Assembly (NCBI GenBank): GCA_003598025.1
Contig: QZKH01000006.1
Span: 172,035 to 236,034, forward strand
Length of the DNA: 64,000 bases
Source of the DNA: Candidatus Omnitrophota bacterium
Lineage (GTDB): Bacteria; Omnitrophota; Gorgyraeia; Gygaellales; Profunditerraquicolaceae
Reading direction: 5' to 3'
In this document: piece by piece, positions 28,146 through 37,807 of the stretch
Numbering within the stretch: the stretch's first letter is position 1
Layout of the letters: each line of letters starts with the position of its first letter
Position numbers and translations under genes: made by a program
The notes under the pieces: model-generated
Seen by the model: the letters and a program-made list of their open reading frames with translations, nothing else
What the model was told of the DNA's origin: nothing
Databases searched by the model: none

Positions 28146-28996
28146 CCCGATTTCTTTTTTGTGACCAGTTTAGTTATACACGAAACGACACTCTTGGTAG
28201 TATAATCAGGGGTGGATGCCCCTGCGGTAATCCCTACACTCTTCTTATTTTCAAACCAGCTTTTCTTGACATCTTTTCCGGATTGTACCCAGTATGTGTT
28301 CTTATTGATGGATCTAGAGATTTCGTATAGCCTTCTTGTATTTGCGCTGCGCCGGGAACCGATTATTATCATAACATCATTTTGAGCAGGCATTTCTTTG
28401 ATCTCAGCCTGTTTTATCCTGGTGGGGCGGCATATTGTATTAAAAAATTCTAGAGCAGGATTAATTTTTCTTAAATGATCTACCAAGGATAAGACTTTCT
28501 CTGAATTTTGCGTGGATTGCACAAGCACGCATAGTTTTTTATTCTTAAGCCTGTCAGCCCTGGTATTGTTTATGTTTTGGATTACCAGAGCTTTCCTTTT
28601 TAACTGGCCGATGATCCCGACGACTTCTTCGTGGTTTTTATCTCCTATCACAATAATATCACAACCCTCTTTTTCCTTTTCTTTCGCTATCTTATGGATT
28701 TCTTTAACCATCGGGCAAGTAGCATCGGCGATTTCATATCCGGATTTAATTGCTTCAAAAATGATTTTTTGCGGCGCGCCATGTGCACGGATCAATAATA
28801 TTTTATCTCTGCCTTTTCCCAGCTTGCTGATTTTTTGTACTCCAATTCTCTGGATATTGCGGGTGACATCTTCGTTATGTACGATATCACCTAGCATACA
28901 CACCGATTTTTTATTTCTGGCTGTTTCAAAAGCAATGCTAATCGCTCTTTTTACTCCTGAACAGAAACCGGCTGATTTAGCAATATTAATTCTCAT
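28142..28996 (-). CDS. ispH: 4-hydroxy-3-methylbut-2-enyl diphosphate reductase
   Basis: AGFCSGV, IVHN, RAHG, DATCP, HEEV, TICRPT, SANT, GITAGASTP. ATG at 28996 is coupled to the crtB stop (TAATG). Confidence 0.95.
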   Translation of the reverse strand: MRINIAKSAGFCSGVKRAISIAFETARNKKSVCMLGDIVHNEDVTRNIQRIGVQKISKLGKGRDKILLIRAHGAPQKIIFEAIKSGYEIADATCPMVKEIHKIAKEKEKEGCDIIVIGDKNHEEVVGIIGQLKRKALVIQNINNTRADRLKNKKLCVLVQSTQNSEKVLSLVDHLRKINPALEFFNTICRPTRIKQAEIKEMPAQNDVMIIIGSRRSANTRRLYEISRSINKNTYWVQSGKDVKKSWFENKKSVGITAGASTPDYTTKSVVSCITKLVTKKKSG

Positions 28997-29844
28997 TAAT
29001 AACCGCCTTTTAAGATTGTACACACTATTATTTTGATTTTTTTGAAATTATTAACTTCAATTCTTTTATTAAGAACATCATAATCGTTATTTTCAATTTT
29101 TTCGAGTATTGAACTGTATAGATTTTTCATTATTGCGACAACCAGGCGCAGCCGTTTAAGGCGGATGATTTTTATGCCGCTGGAGCTTTCTGAGTAATAC
29201 TGCCGGGCGCGGCTTACCTGGAATTTAATCAATTCAATAAAGGCGTTGTCTACAATTCCATTACGGATATGCGATTCACTGACAGAAAAACGCTGCATCT
29301 CATCTTGAGGAATGTAGATTCTTGAATTGTTAAAATCCTCTTTTATATCTCTTACTATGTTAGTAAGCTGCATTGCTATGCCGAGTTTTACGGCGTGTAT
29401 CCTGGCACTACCATTATCATCGCCAAAAATCCTGAGCATGATCAATCCGATTACCCCGGCAGCTTTGTAGCAATAACCATATAGCTCTTCAAAATTCTCA
29501 TACCTGTTTTTACCTATGTCAATAGACATGCCCTCCAAAAGTAAGTCAAAATAACTTCTTGGTATATCATACCTCCGGATCGTTTCCCTGAATACATATA
29601 TCAGTGGGTCGTTAATCAAGCCATCCCCATAGGCAAGGTTAATTTTATCAGATATTAATTTTAATTCTTTGGCTGCAGTTTCACCATAATTAGAATCGAC
29701 TGATTCATCGCTTAGACGGCATATAGCATAAACTGCGTAACAGGCGTAGCGCATTCTCCCCGGAAGGAAGAGAGAGGCAAAGTAAAAGGTCCTGGCAAAT
29801 TTCTTTGTCAATTGTTTAGCGCATTTGTATCCCTGCTTTTTCAT
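28996..29844 (-). CDS. crtB: Phytoene synthase
   Basis: TFYFAS, VYAICRLSDESVD, YCYKAAGVIG, LGIAMQLTNIVRDIKED, RIYIP. Confidence 0.92.
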   Translation of the reverse strand: MKKQGYKCAKQLTKKFARTFYFASLFLPGRMRYACYAVYAICRLSDESVDSNYGETAAKELKLISDKINLAYGDGLINDPLIYVFRETIRRYDIPRSYFDLLLEGMSIDIGKNRYENFEELYGYCYKAAGVIGLIMLRIFGDDNGSARIHAVKLGIAMQLTNIVRDIKEDFNNSRIYIPQDEMQRFSVSESHIRNGIVDNAFIELIKFQVSRARQYYSESSSGIKIIRLKRLRLVVAIMKNLYSSILEKIENNDYDVLNKRIEVNNFKKIKIIVCTILKGGY

Positions 29845-29890
29845 AGTTGTATTTTACAATATAATAAGTTAAATTAAAGATAAAAATTAC

Positions 29891-29968
29891 ATTAGTTCAT
29901 AGTTGATAGTTCATTGTTCATGGAAATGGCATTATCTGTGAACCGTGCTCTATGAACCATGAACTAAT
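29891..29968. repeat. Heptamer-arm hairpin repeat, copy 3
   Basis: ATTAGTTCAT...ATGAACTAAT terminal inverted repeat; arms TAGTTCA TAGTTGA TAGTTCA TTGTTCA / TGAACCG TGCTCTA TGAACCA TGAACTA. Confidence 0.82.
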
Positions 29969-30013
29969 TTATATTGATTAACTTTCTCTATGAAGTTAAA
30001 ATAATTGATAGCC

Positions 30014-30331
30014 ATGTCAAAATATCTGATTTTATTAATCCTGTCTTTAGCCGTTCCTTTTTTATTCAGTTTCTGGCCAGAATTGAGATTCTATAAGAAA
30101 GGAAACCTCAGGCGTTTATTTTTGTCTATCCTATTCATAGTCATAATATTTGGCGGCTGGGATATATTTGCTACCTGGAGAGGGCACTGGAGTTTTGATC
30201 CTGACGGTGTTCTTGGGGCCAGGATTATTAACCTTCCGCTGGAAGAAGTCTTATTTTTTGTAGTTATCCCATTTTGTTGTATTTTTACGTGGGAATCATT
30301 AAAATTGATTTCAAAGATGGGGGGCCGTTGA
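30014..30331 (+). CDS. crtYc: Lycopene cyclase domain protein, heterodimer subunit 1
   Basis: WDIFATWRGHWSF and LPLEEVLFF motifs; three TMs. Confidence 0.85.
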   Translation: MSKYLILLILSLAVPFLFSFWPELRFYKKGNLRRLFLSILFIVIIFGGWDIFATWRGHWSFDPDGVLGARIINLPLEEVLFFVVIPFCCIFTWESLKLISKMGGR

Positions 30332-30624
30332 AAGAATACACGATTATTGCCTTAGTTTCGGTAGTTATTACTATCTTTACCGAATATAAGTTGAAAACCG
30401 GGATTTTTAAGAACAGGCTGTTTTATCGTTTTTTACTGATAATCCTGTTATTTAAACTTATGGTTAATGGGTATCTTACTTCCAGCCAAATAGTTAACTA
30501 TAACCCTGATTATTTTTTGGGCTTGCGGCTGATAAGCATACCTTTTGAAGATTTCTTGTTTGGTTTTAGCATGGTTACATTAACAATATGTTTTTGGGAG
30601 CATTTTGGTGAGCGTAATAATTAA
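30328..30624 (+). CDS. crtYd: Lycopene cyclase domain protein, heterodimer subunit 2
   Basis: VNGYLT, YNP, GLRL.SIPFEDFLFGF; TTG at 30328 overlaps the crtYc stop (TTGA). Confidence 0.83.
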   Translation: MKEYTIIALVSVVITIFTEYKLKTGIFKNRLFYRFLLIILLFKLMVNGYLTSSQIVNYNPDYFLGLRLISIPFEDFLFGFSMVTLTICFWEHFGERNN

Positions 30625-31489
30625 GGCAGCTATCTTTATTATAATATTTTTCTTTATATCGCATGCGCAGGTTTTTCCTATGGATTGGAGGTCTCTGCAT
30701 GAAATGGCAGACAGCCTTACTCTGGAAGAAGCAGTGAAGAGATATGAATCTGACCCTTCTGCGGAAAATATATATATCTTGGGATTATGCAATCTTACTA
30801 ATCATCGCAATAAAGAAGCTATGAAAAATTTTGTCAGGCTAAGTGAGCTTAAGCCCGGTTCGGTTGAATCTGAATGGGGTATAGCCGAAGTCTTGCGGCG
30901 AGGACATGATTTGGCAAAAAGCAAAATAATTTTGTATAAGATAATAAAGGAAAACCCGGATTTTGCTCCCGCTTATTTAACCTTAGCTTATGTAGAATAC
31001 TTAAATAGGAATTTTGAAGAGACTGTAAAACTTGCATTTAAGGTAGTTAAAATGGGAAGAGCTGATATAGATGTCAGCAGCTATGCAAGAGCATATTTAT
31101 TGGTGGCAGCAGGCAAGGGAATGATCGCTCATTTTGGCGGGCCTATTTCTAAGGCGATAAACGGGACTGCAGTCATGTCCAACATAAAAAAGGCACAGAG
31201 TTTACAGCCTGATTCCGCAGGGCTGATGTTCAGCCTGGGCAGCTATTATCTTTTGGCACCGGCTTTAGCCGGAAAGGACATCGATGAAGCAGAAAAGTAT
31301 TTAAAAATGGCTATTGAGCGTGATCGTTTCCTGGCTGATGCTTATGTAAGACTGGCTCAAGTCTATAAAATTAAAAGAAAGGTTGATTTATATAATTCCT
31401 TTCTTAATAAGGCGCTAGAAATAGACCCGGGCAATGAGCTGGCCAAGGATATTAAAAGCCTTAAATGCAATTTTATATGTCCTGATTAG
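30605..31489 (+). CDS. Exported TPR-repeat protein
   Basis: N-terminal hydrophobic signal; repeats such as PDFAPAYLTLA, ADAYVRLAQVY, ALEIDPGN. Confidence 0.75.
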   Translation: MVSVIIKAAIFIIIFFFISHAQVFPMDWRSLHEMADSLTLEEAVKRYESDPSAENIYILGLCNLTNHRNKEAMKNFVRLSELKPGSVESEWGIAEVLRRGHDLAKSKIILYKIIKENPDFAPAYLTLAYVEYLNRNFEETVKLAFKVVKMGRADIDVSSYARAYLLVAAGKGMIAHFGGPISKAINGTAVMSNIKKAQSLQPDSAGLMFSLGSYYLLAPALAGKDIDEAEKYLKMAIERDRFLADAYVRLAQVYKIKRKVDLYNSFLNKALEIDPGNELAKDIKSLKCNFICPD

Positions 31490-31516
31490 GCAGGATAGCA
31501 CTATTTTAAGTTTTCC

Positions 31517-31545
31517 TTGACACTTTAAAAATGTCATGTTAACTT
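31517..31545 (+). promoter_or_regulatory. Sigma70-type promoter directly before the PilZ gene
   Basis: TTGACA-17 bp-(TGn)TAACTT, 7 nt before the ATG at 31553; no SD; TGACA-N9-TGTCA inverted repeat overlaps it. Confidence 0.6.
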
Positions 31546-31552
31546 ATTAGAA

Positions 31553-32149
31553 ATGAATAAGATACAAAGCCAAGATAAAAGAAGAGACTTGCGCCTTAGG
31601 GCTTATCATTTGGTTAAATATAAAGTAATTTCAGATGCAGCCCAAAAGGATGCCCCTATGCTTATGGCTGCTATTGTCGATATTGGTGCCGGTGGGGTGC
31701 GTTTAAGTTGCGATGAGCCTATAGCTCCGGCTTCCATTATTGAAATAAAAATCAATTTTCCTTCCTGGGGTATCCCTATATTCAGTTTGGCTAAGGTAGT
31801 ATGGATCAGAAAAAGAGGCAAAAGCAATAGATTTTTGGCCGGCTTGCAATTCTTGGAAGTCAATCAGGCAATGCGTAATTTAATAAGCGAAGAGGTCAAT
31901 CTTGTAAATAACAAACTAAAACTTAAAAAGTATAGATTTTTATTTACGAAAGGAGATGGGACGATGAAAAACTTTTCTAAGATCCTTATAATCCTGGCAG
32001 TCATATGCGTTCTAGTTGCCCTTTCATTAAAGGTGACTACGATGGGAAAGCTATTGCCTGGTCCGTTACCGATAAACTGGGCTAAATTAGCCGATACCTT
32101 TCTTTTGTTCGCTATAGCCGTTTCTTTGCTTAACAAAGACGTAAGATAG
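31553..32149 (+). CDS. PilZ-domain protein with C-terminal two-TM extension
   Basis: RRDLR and DIGAGG motifs, AKVVW, AGLQF; hydrophobic tail from residue 138. Confidence 0.8.
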   Translation: MNKIQSQDKRRDLRLRAYHLVKYKVISDAAQKDAPMLMAAIVDIGAGGVRLSCDEPIAPASIIEIKINFPSWGIPIFSLAKVVWIRKRGKSNRFLAGLQFLEVNQAMRNLISEEVNLVNNKLKLKKYRFLFTKGDGTMKNFSKILIILAVICVLVALSLKVTTMGKLLPGPLPINWAKLADTFLLFAIAVSLLNKDVR

Positions 32150-32202
32150 CTTTACGTAAGCGCATTTATAAACCCAGAGGCTTACTTCTTTGTTTCAAAA
32201 AT

Positions 32203-33549
32203 ATGGCTAGTAAATTCATTCCCATTATAATATCATTAACTTTTTTGCCAGCTTTATCCGGAATAGGGCTGGCGCAGGAATTTAACCTTACTCCCAGAGA
32301 CAATACTATTTTTGTTACGCTCAACCAGCTGCAACAGAGAGAAGAGGCAATAAGGGATGCAATGAGGGATGCCCAGTTAAGGCTGGTTGAAAGTGATTAC
32401 GCCGTAACAAAAAGCAGCGCAGGCAAAATCAGCGATAGAAAGTTGTTCCGCGAGAAAATATTTTCAATAAAAGGCCATCCTTATGTTGATATAACTAATA
32501 CTTTTAACGATAATATCGATAACACCAGGCATAAAAAGTCAGCTATCATTAATACCGTTTCTCCCGGATTCAAGCTTAACCTGATTGGAAGAAAGAAATC
32601 CGTATATTTAGATACTTATCTTTCTGCGCTTTATTATAATAACCGTTCCAGGGAGAATATCTGGGAGGCGGGCACCTCTGTTTTAGGAAACATTAGTTTC
32701 GGTAAATTCTTAGCTTCGGTTTACGACAATTATAATGATAACCGTATTGGTGGCAGTGATGTAGGGGTTAAATTAAATACGGCTGATTATTATTGGTCTA
32801 ATAAGTTCAATACGAGCTTTAGCGGGAATTTCAACCGTTACGGATTTGATTTGGGATATACGAGGAACGATATTGAGTATAATGAAGGTTATGACCCGGA
32901 TTCGCTTACCGATGATGATGAGGACAGCGTTAATGCAAGCCATTTTGAAGAGATTTTTAATTTTAATCAATATCTGAGGCTTGCTACAAAGACCCGCCTT
33001 ATATTTGAATATTCATATGGGAATGTCACTTATACTACGAAACTTACTCCTTCGGAGGATAACTTTTATAATATTATGGGTATTGGCGTTTCCGGAGTAT
33101 TGTCGCCCAAAACAACATTTTTGACTAAATTAAATTATACCGACACTGATTTTAAAGAAAAGGATGATACTTCAGACTTATTGTTCGGAGTTAATATTGG
33201 TTACCGTCTTTCGGATAGGGCGGATTTAGCATTTTCTCCCAGTTATCTTGTGCATAGCACTGCCAGTACAAGCCAGAGGTATAACAAAGTGACGATGGAT
33301 ATAAGCGGTAACCACCGTTTTGCTTTTAATCCAAGACTTAAGGCGTCCCTTGGGTATAAGCAGGAATTCTTTGATTACGGCAAAAGGGACGGCACTGAAA
33401 CAGTCAATACTTATTCTTTTGGGCTTGCATACGCTTTTAAGAGATGGCTTGATTTCAGCCTGGGATATGTCTACAAAGAGCGCAATTCCAATGTTAATGA
33501 AGAATACTACGGTAATACATTTACATTTAAGACACAAGCTAAATTTTAA
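32203..33549 (+). CDS. Outer-membrane beta-barrel of polysaccharide export loci (BBP2-like)
   Basis: Signal peptide, NDNI motif, alternating aromatic beta strands, terminal Phe; next to wza. Confidence 0.75.
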   Translation: MASKFIPIIISLTFLPALSGIGLAQEFNLTPRDNTIFVTLNQLQQREEAIRDAMRDAQLRLVESDYAVTKSSAGKISDRKLFREKIFSIKGHPYVDITNTFNDNIDNTRHKKSAIINTVSPGFKLNLIGRKKSVYLDTYLSALYYNNRSRENIWEAGTSVLGNISFGKFLASVYDNYNDNRIGGSDVGVKLNTADYYWSNKFNTSFSGNFNRYGFDLGYTRNDIEYNEGYDPDSLTDDDEDSVNASHFEEIFNFNQYLRLATKTRLIFEYSYGNVTYTTKLTPSEDNFYNIMGIGVSGVLSPKTTFLTKLNYTDTDFKEKDDTSDLLFGVNIGYRLSDRADLAFSPSYLVHSTASTSQRYNKVTMDISGNHRFAFNPRLKASLGYKQEFFDYGKRDGTETVNTYSFGLAYAFKRWLDFSLGYVYKERNSNVNEEYYGNTFTFKTQAKF

Positions 33550-33576
33550 TATTTTTCTTATTAGGAGGATGAATAT

Positions 33577-34407
33577 ATGCGTATAAAAAATGTTTTTATA
33601 ACTTTATTCGTTTTGTCATTGTCTTTTATATTTAACTGTAACTCCCTTGCTCAAGAGAGGGAATATAAAATACAGCCCAATGATGTCATACAGATAACTG
33701 TATTCGGGGAAGAGGACCTGTCGATTACTGCAAAAGTATCTCAAGACGGCACGATTTCTTATCCTCTGCTTGGAGTTATTAAGGTCGCCGGATATACCGA
33801 GCGTAATTTAGCTAAGAACATGACTGAGTGGCTGGGCGAAGATTATTTAGTTATGCCTCAGGTTAGTGTTTTTGTTAAGCAGTATTCGAGGGTCTCCGTA
33901 TTGGGCCAGGTGCGTCTGCCGGGATCATATGAAATAAAAGAGAATCTTACGCTGACCCAGGCAATTGCTTTAGCAGGCGGCTTTACCGAACAAGCAGATA
34001 TTTCGGCAGTAAAGATAATCCATGGTGAGCCGAGTGACGGAGAAAATAATAACAAATTGATTAATGTAAATAAAATTATTGATAAGTCAGCCCCTGATAT
34101 TGAGATCAGCGCCAACGATACCATTGTGGTTGAAGAATACGGCAGGATCTCTATTATCGGCCAGGTTAACAGGCCGGGTATGTACGCGTTAAAAAGAGAC
34201 CTTACGGTTGTCGAAGCCATAGGCCTTGCCGGAGGTTTCACCCCTACTGCTTCTCAAAATGGCACAAGGATAATCAGGGTAGAAGAGAACAACAAGAAGC
34301 AGGTTATAAGCGTCCCTGTTGCAAGCATAATCAGAAGCGGAGATACTTCCAGAGACCAGATATTGCAACCCGGAGACACAATCGTTGTCCCGGAGTCTTT
34401 CTTCTAA
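33577..34407 (+). CDS. wza: Polysaccharide export protein with SLBB domains (short OPX)
   Basis: YKIQPND, DGTISYPLLG, PQVSV, two GQV..PG.Y / A.AGGF SLBB repeats, PGDTIVVPESFF. Confidence 0.9.
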   Translation: MRIKNVFITLFVLSLSFIFNCNSLAQEREYKIQPNDVIQITVFGEEDLSITAKVSQDGTISYPLLGVIKVAGYTERNLAKNMTEWLGEDYLVMPQVSVFVKQYSRVSVLGQVRLPGSYEIKENLTLTQAIALAGGFTEQADISAVKIIHGEPSDGENNNKLINVNKIIDKSAPDIEISANDTIVVEEYGRISIIGQVNRPGMYALKRDLTVVEAIGLAGGFTPTASQNGTRIIRVEENNKKQVISVPVASIIRSGDTSRDQILQPGDTIVVPESFF

Positions 34408-34527
34408 TCTGGCAACCCTTCCTGTATCACTATAACTCTTATATAATAAAAAGGTTATGAGTTTTTAATAATGTGCAAATAACCTATTTATTAAGAGCTT
34501 TTCATGATAAAAAGTTATACAAAACAA

Positions 34528-34556
34528 TTGACTTCATTAATTATTTCTGTTATAAA
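34528..34556 (+). promoter_or_regulatory. Sigma70-type promoter upstream of wzc
   Basis: TTGACT-17 bp-(TGn)TATAAA in an AT-rich intergenic region. Confidence 0.5.
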
Positions 34557-34603
34557 TTATATAAATATCAATAGTATTTTCTATTGAAAAGAAAGGGCAG
34601 GCG

Positions 34604-36454
34604 ATGCTACCCACCCCACAGTTTAGGGATGTAACCATAAAAGATTATGCTATTGTTCTAAAAAGAAGGGTTTGGTTGATTCTCGCTTGTTTTATCATTT
34701 CTACCACCTGGTCAGCTATAAAAACATTCCAAAAAACCCCGCTATATAAAACTTCTTGTAAGGTCCTGATGGGCACATCCCGTCCTGATATAGTGCCAGT
34801 AAAAGAAACTAATTTAGACCGTTCCTGGGTTGGTTACATGGAATATGTAAACAGCCAGATTAAGATACTATATTCCCGGACTTTAGCAAGTAAGGTAGTC
34901 GAGTATCTTTCGTCTATAGGGGATAAGACTTTTGCGGATGCACAGGACCCTGAAAGTGCCTTTTTATCAGGTGTCAGCGTTGATTTTGTGCCCGGTACAC
35001 AGGTACTTAATATAGGTTATATAAGCAGCGACCCGGTAAAAGCAGCAAGGTTTGCCAACGCTTTAACTACAACTTATATAAAAGCGGATTTAAGCAAAAC
35101 TTCTCAAGTCAGCAGCTATGCTTCTGATTGGCTTACGCAGCAATTGGATGAGATCAAAAAGAAGCTTGAGGTTTCAGAGAAACAACTTAACGATTTTATC
35201 CAGGAAAATCAGATAATCTCGTTGCCTGATATAGAGAGAAAATCCCAAGTCATACTTGATGGGCTTAAATCCGAGAGGTTAAGGGTTGAGAATGAAATGG
35301 CCGCGTTAGCAACAAGGTATAGGCCGAAGCATCCCTCAATGCTAAGCCTAAAAACAAAATTAGATTCGATAGATAAAAGCATCCAGGATGAGACAAATAA
35401 GTTATTGGCTTTAAACCAGAAGATGATTACTTATAACTCATTAAAGAGAGAAGTAGATACAAATATCTCCTTATATGACGCTTTATTAAGAAGGACAAAG
35501 GAGACAGAGGTTACCAAACAATTAGAGACTACAAATATCAGTATTATTGATTCCGCGGATGTGCCTAAGTACGCCTTTAGCCCGAACCGGAAGAGGGAAA
35601 TAAGCTTAGGCGCCTTTTTGGGTTTTTTTGCCGGAATAATCCTAGCCTTCTTTCTTGAATATCTTGATTCTACAGTTAAGACCGCAGAAGATATAGAAAC
35701 TTATGTAAGGCTTCCTTTCCTGGGGTATATTCCGTCAGCCAAGCATGAGATTAAACTAGGCAAAGATATTGATATTGCTTCAAACAAATTACCGCATTCA
35801 AGGATCTCCGAGGCATACAGGTCTATCCGTACCTCTATAATATTCTCTACACCGGAAGACAGGCCGCTAAAAACCTTGCTTATTACAAGCGCTTCTCCCC
35901 AGGAAGGTAAAACTACAGTTGCAATAAATTTGGCTATAGTCTTTGCTAAATCTAATGAGAAGGTCCTTCTTATCGAAGCAGACATGCGCAGGCCGAGGAT
36001 TTCCGAAAGTCTGGGAGTAAAAGCGCAGTCAGGGTTAAGCAATCTTTTAACGGGTAATAAAGGCGTAGATGATGTAGTGAATCAAACATCCGTTCCAAAC
36101 CTTTATTTTATTTCTAGCGGCCCAAAGCCGCCTAATCCTGCTGAGCTTCTTACTTCAGTTAAAACGCGCAACCTTTTAAATGAGCTTAGGGAGCGGTTTG
36201 ACAGGATTATTATAGATTCTCCTCCGGTAATTTCTGTTGCCGATACTGCCATTTTAGCAAATATCGTTGATGGAGTAATAGATGTTATCCGCGCCGGATT
36301 CCTGAATATTGAGCTTATTTTGAGAGGAAGGCAGAGGCTGTATGAAGCCAAGGCGCGTATAATAGGCGTTATCCTGAATAATGTAAATGTAAAGAGCGAA
36401 GACTCTTACTATTATTACCACTATTATTACGCTGACGATAAAGCAAAAAAATAA
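34604..36454 (+). CDS. wzc: Polysaccharide co-polymerase / BY-kinase
   Basis: Two TMs flanking a coiled coil; EAYRSIRT, SASPQEGKTT, EADMRRP, IIDSPP; C-terminal SYYYYHYYY cluster. Confidence 0.95.
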   Translation: MLPTPQFRDVTIKDYAIVLKRRVWLILACFIISTTWSAIKTFQKTPLYKTSCKVLMGTSRPDIVPVKETNLDRSWVGYMEYVNSQIKILYSRTLASKVVEYLSSIGDKTFADAQDPESAFLSGVSVDFVPGTQVLNIGYISSDPVKAARFANALTTTYIKADLSKTSQVSSYASDWLTQQLDEIKKKLEVSEKQLNDFIQENQIISLPDIERKSQVILDGLKSERLRVENEMAALATRYRPKHPSMLSLKTKLDSIDKSIQDETNKLLALNQKMITYNSLKREVDTNISLYDALLRRTKETEVTKQLETTNISIIDSADVPKYAFSPNRKREISLGAFLGFFAGIILAFFLEYLDSTVKTAEDIETYVRLPFLGYIPSAKHEIKLGKDIDIASNKLPHSRISEAYRSIRTSIIFSTPEDRPLKTLLITSASPQEGKTTVAINLAIVFAKSNEKVLLIEADMRRPRISESLGVKAQSGLSNLLTGNKGVDDVVNQTSVPNLYFISSGPKPPNPAELLTSVKTRNLLNELRERFDRIIIDSPPVISVADTAILANIVDGVIDVIRAGFLNIELILRGRQRLYEAKARIIGVILNNVNVKSEDSYYYYHYYYADDKAKK

Positions 36455-36463
36455 TCGTAATAA

Positions 36464-37807
36464 ATGCCAAATCGTATCTTTCTTGCCTGTCTTTTCCTTC
36501 TTGTCATCTTTAGTTGTCTTACCTATGGCGGAGTAACACCTTTATATTCTATGATAATTAATGTGGCGGCCTTATCATTAAGCTGCTGCTGGTTGATTAC
36601 TGCCATTTCTAAAAAAGAGACCTATTTTGTCAAAACCGGTTTAGCCATTCCTGTTTCTTTATTCAGTTTGATTATCTTACTGCAGTTGACGCCTATCCCT
36701 GCCGGCGTGTTAAAAATCTTTTCATATAATATGTACAGAATATATATAATGGCTTTTCCGGAAGCAGGAGAAGGATTATTATTACCCCTGAGCGTTAATC
36801 CGGATTCAACTATCCAAGAATTATTGAATTATGTTGTCCTCATTGTACTTTTTTTTATGACTATCAACATTGTGGATACCAAAAAAGAATTCAACTTTTT
36901 ATTCAATGGGATAATATTTTTCGGGCTTGCAATAAGCATCTTTGGGATAATCCAGAAATATTCTTATTCGTATAAAGTATATTGGTTTGATTCCCCGCAA
37001 ACTGCCACTTCCCCTTTTGGGCCGTTTGTTTACCGCAATAATTTTGCCGGCTATATTAATATGATAATCCCTTTGGCTATCGGTTATTTCTTCCTGGATA
37101 TGCCTTTATCAAAAAGGCTAATTTATGGCTTTTGTATCGGAATAATGGCGTTGGCATTATTCTTGACTTTCTCAAGGGCTGGGATCGCGGTATTTCTTAT
37201 TTGTATTTTGCTTTTATTGGCATTAGCACGGTTTAAAATAAAAACAGATGTAAAAATATTTAATCTTGTCAGTGCCATATTATTAGCCTTAATATCCGTA
37301 TTGTTCTTATTTTTTGTCGATTATAAGGCTCTTTTTATGAGAATAACAACTATATTCAGTGACCAGGCTTTTATTATTTTCGGGCACGGTTATTCTTGGA
37401 AAGATATTGTAAAGATCTGGGCTGATTTTCCTGTTTTCGGTACCGGTTTGGGTACTTTTGGCAGCATATCTTCAATGTATAAGACTACTTTCTCGCAGAA
37501 ATTATTTACTTATGCACACAATGATTTTCTACAGTTGCTATCGGAAGTGGGGATCGTCGGTTGTGCGTTAATCATTATTTTTTTCTTAAAGTATTTTTTG
37601 ACGGTAATAAAACTGTGGTTGAGCAGGCGGGACCCTTTTGTCATATATATTGTGATGGGCGGAATGGTTTCTGTTGCCGGGGTTTTGGTTTATTCATTGT
37701 TAGATTTTAATTTGCATATACCGGCAAATTCCGTACTTTTTTCCGTTTTATTGGGCTTAGTATACCGGCTGACAATTTCAAAATTTCATAATGAGTACAG
37801 CAAATAG
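36464..37807 (+). CDS. O-antigen ligase/Wzy-like membrane protein
   Basis: GPFVYRNNFAG, TFSRAG, FGTGLGTF, AHNDFLQ...E.G, DFNLHIP. Confidence 0.88.
   Translation: MPNRIFLACLFLLVIFSCLTYGGVTPLYSMIINVAALSLSCCWLITAISKKETYFVKTGLAIPVSLFSLIILLQLTPIPAGVLKIFSYNMYRIYIMAFPEAGEGLLLPLSVNPDSTIQELLNYVVLIVLFFMTINIVDTKKEFNFLFNGIIFFGLAISIFGIIQKYSYSYKVYWFDSPQTATSPFGPFVYRNNFAGYINMIIPLAIGYFFLDMPLSKRLIYGFCIGIMALALFLTFSRAGIAVFLICILLLLALARFKIKTDVKIFNLVSAILLALISVLFLFFVDYKALFMRITTIFSDQAFIIFGHGYSWKDIVKIWADFPVFGTGLGTFGSISSMYKTTFSQKLFTYAHNDFLQLLSEVGIVGCALIIIFFLKYFLTVIKLWLSRRDPFVIYIVMGGMVSVAGVLVYSLLDFNLHIPANSVLFSVLLGLVYRLTISKFHNEYSK

Noticed and set aside
8373-29968. Heptamer repeats at 8373, 15927 and 29891 as CRISPR arrays
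   Set aside because: Units are 7 bp, tandem and inverted, with no unique spacers of constant length and no cas genes.
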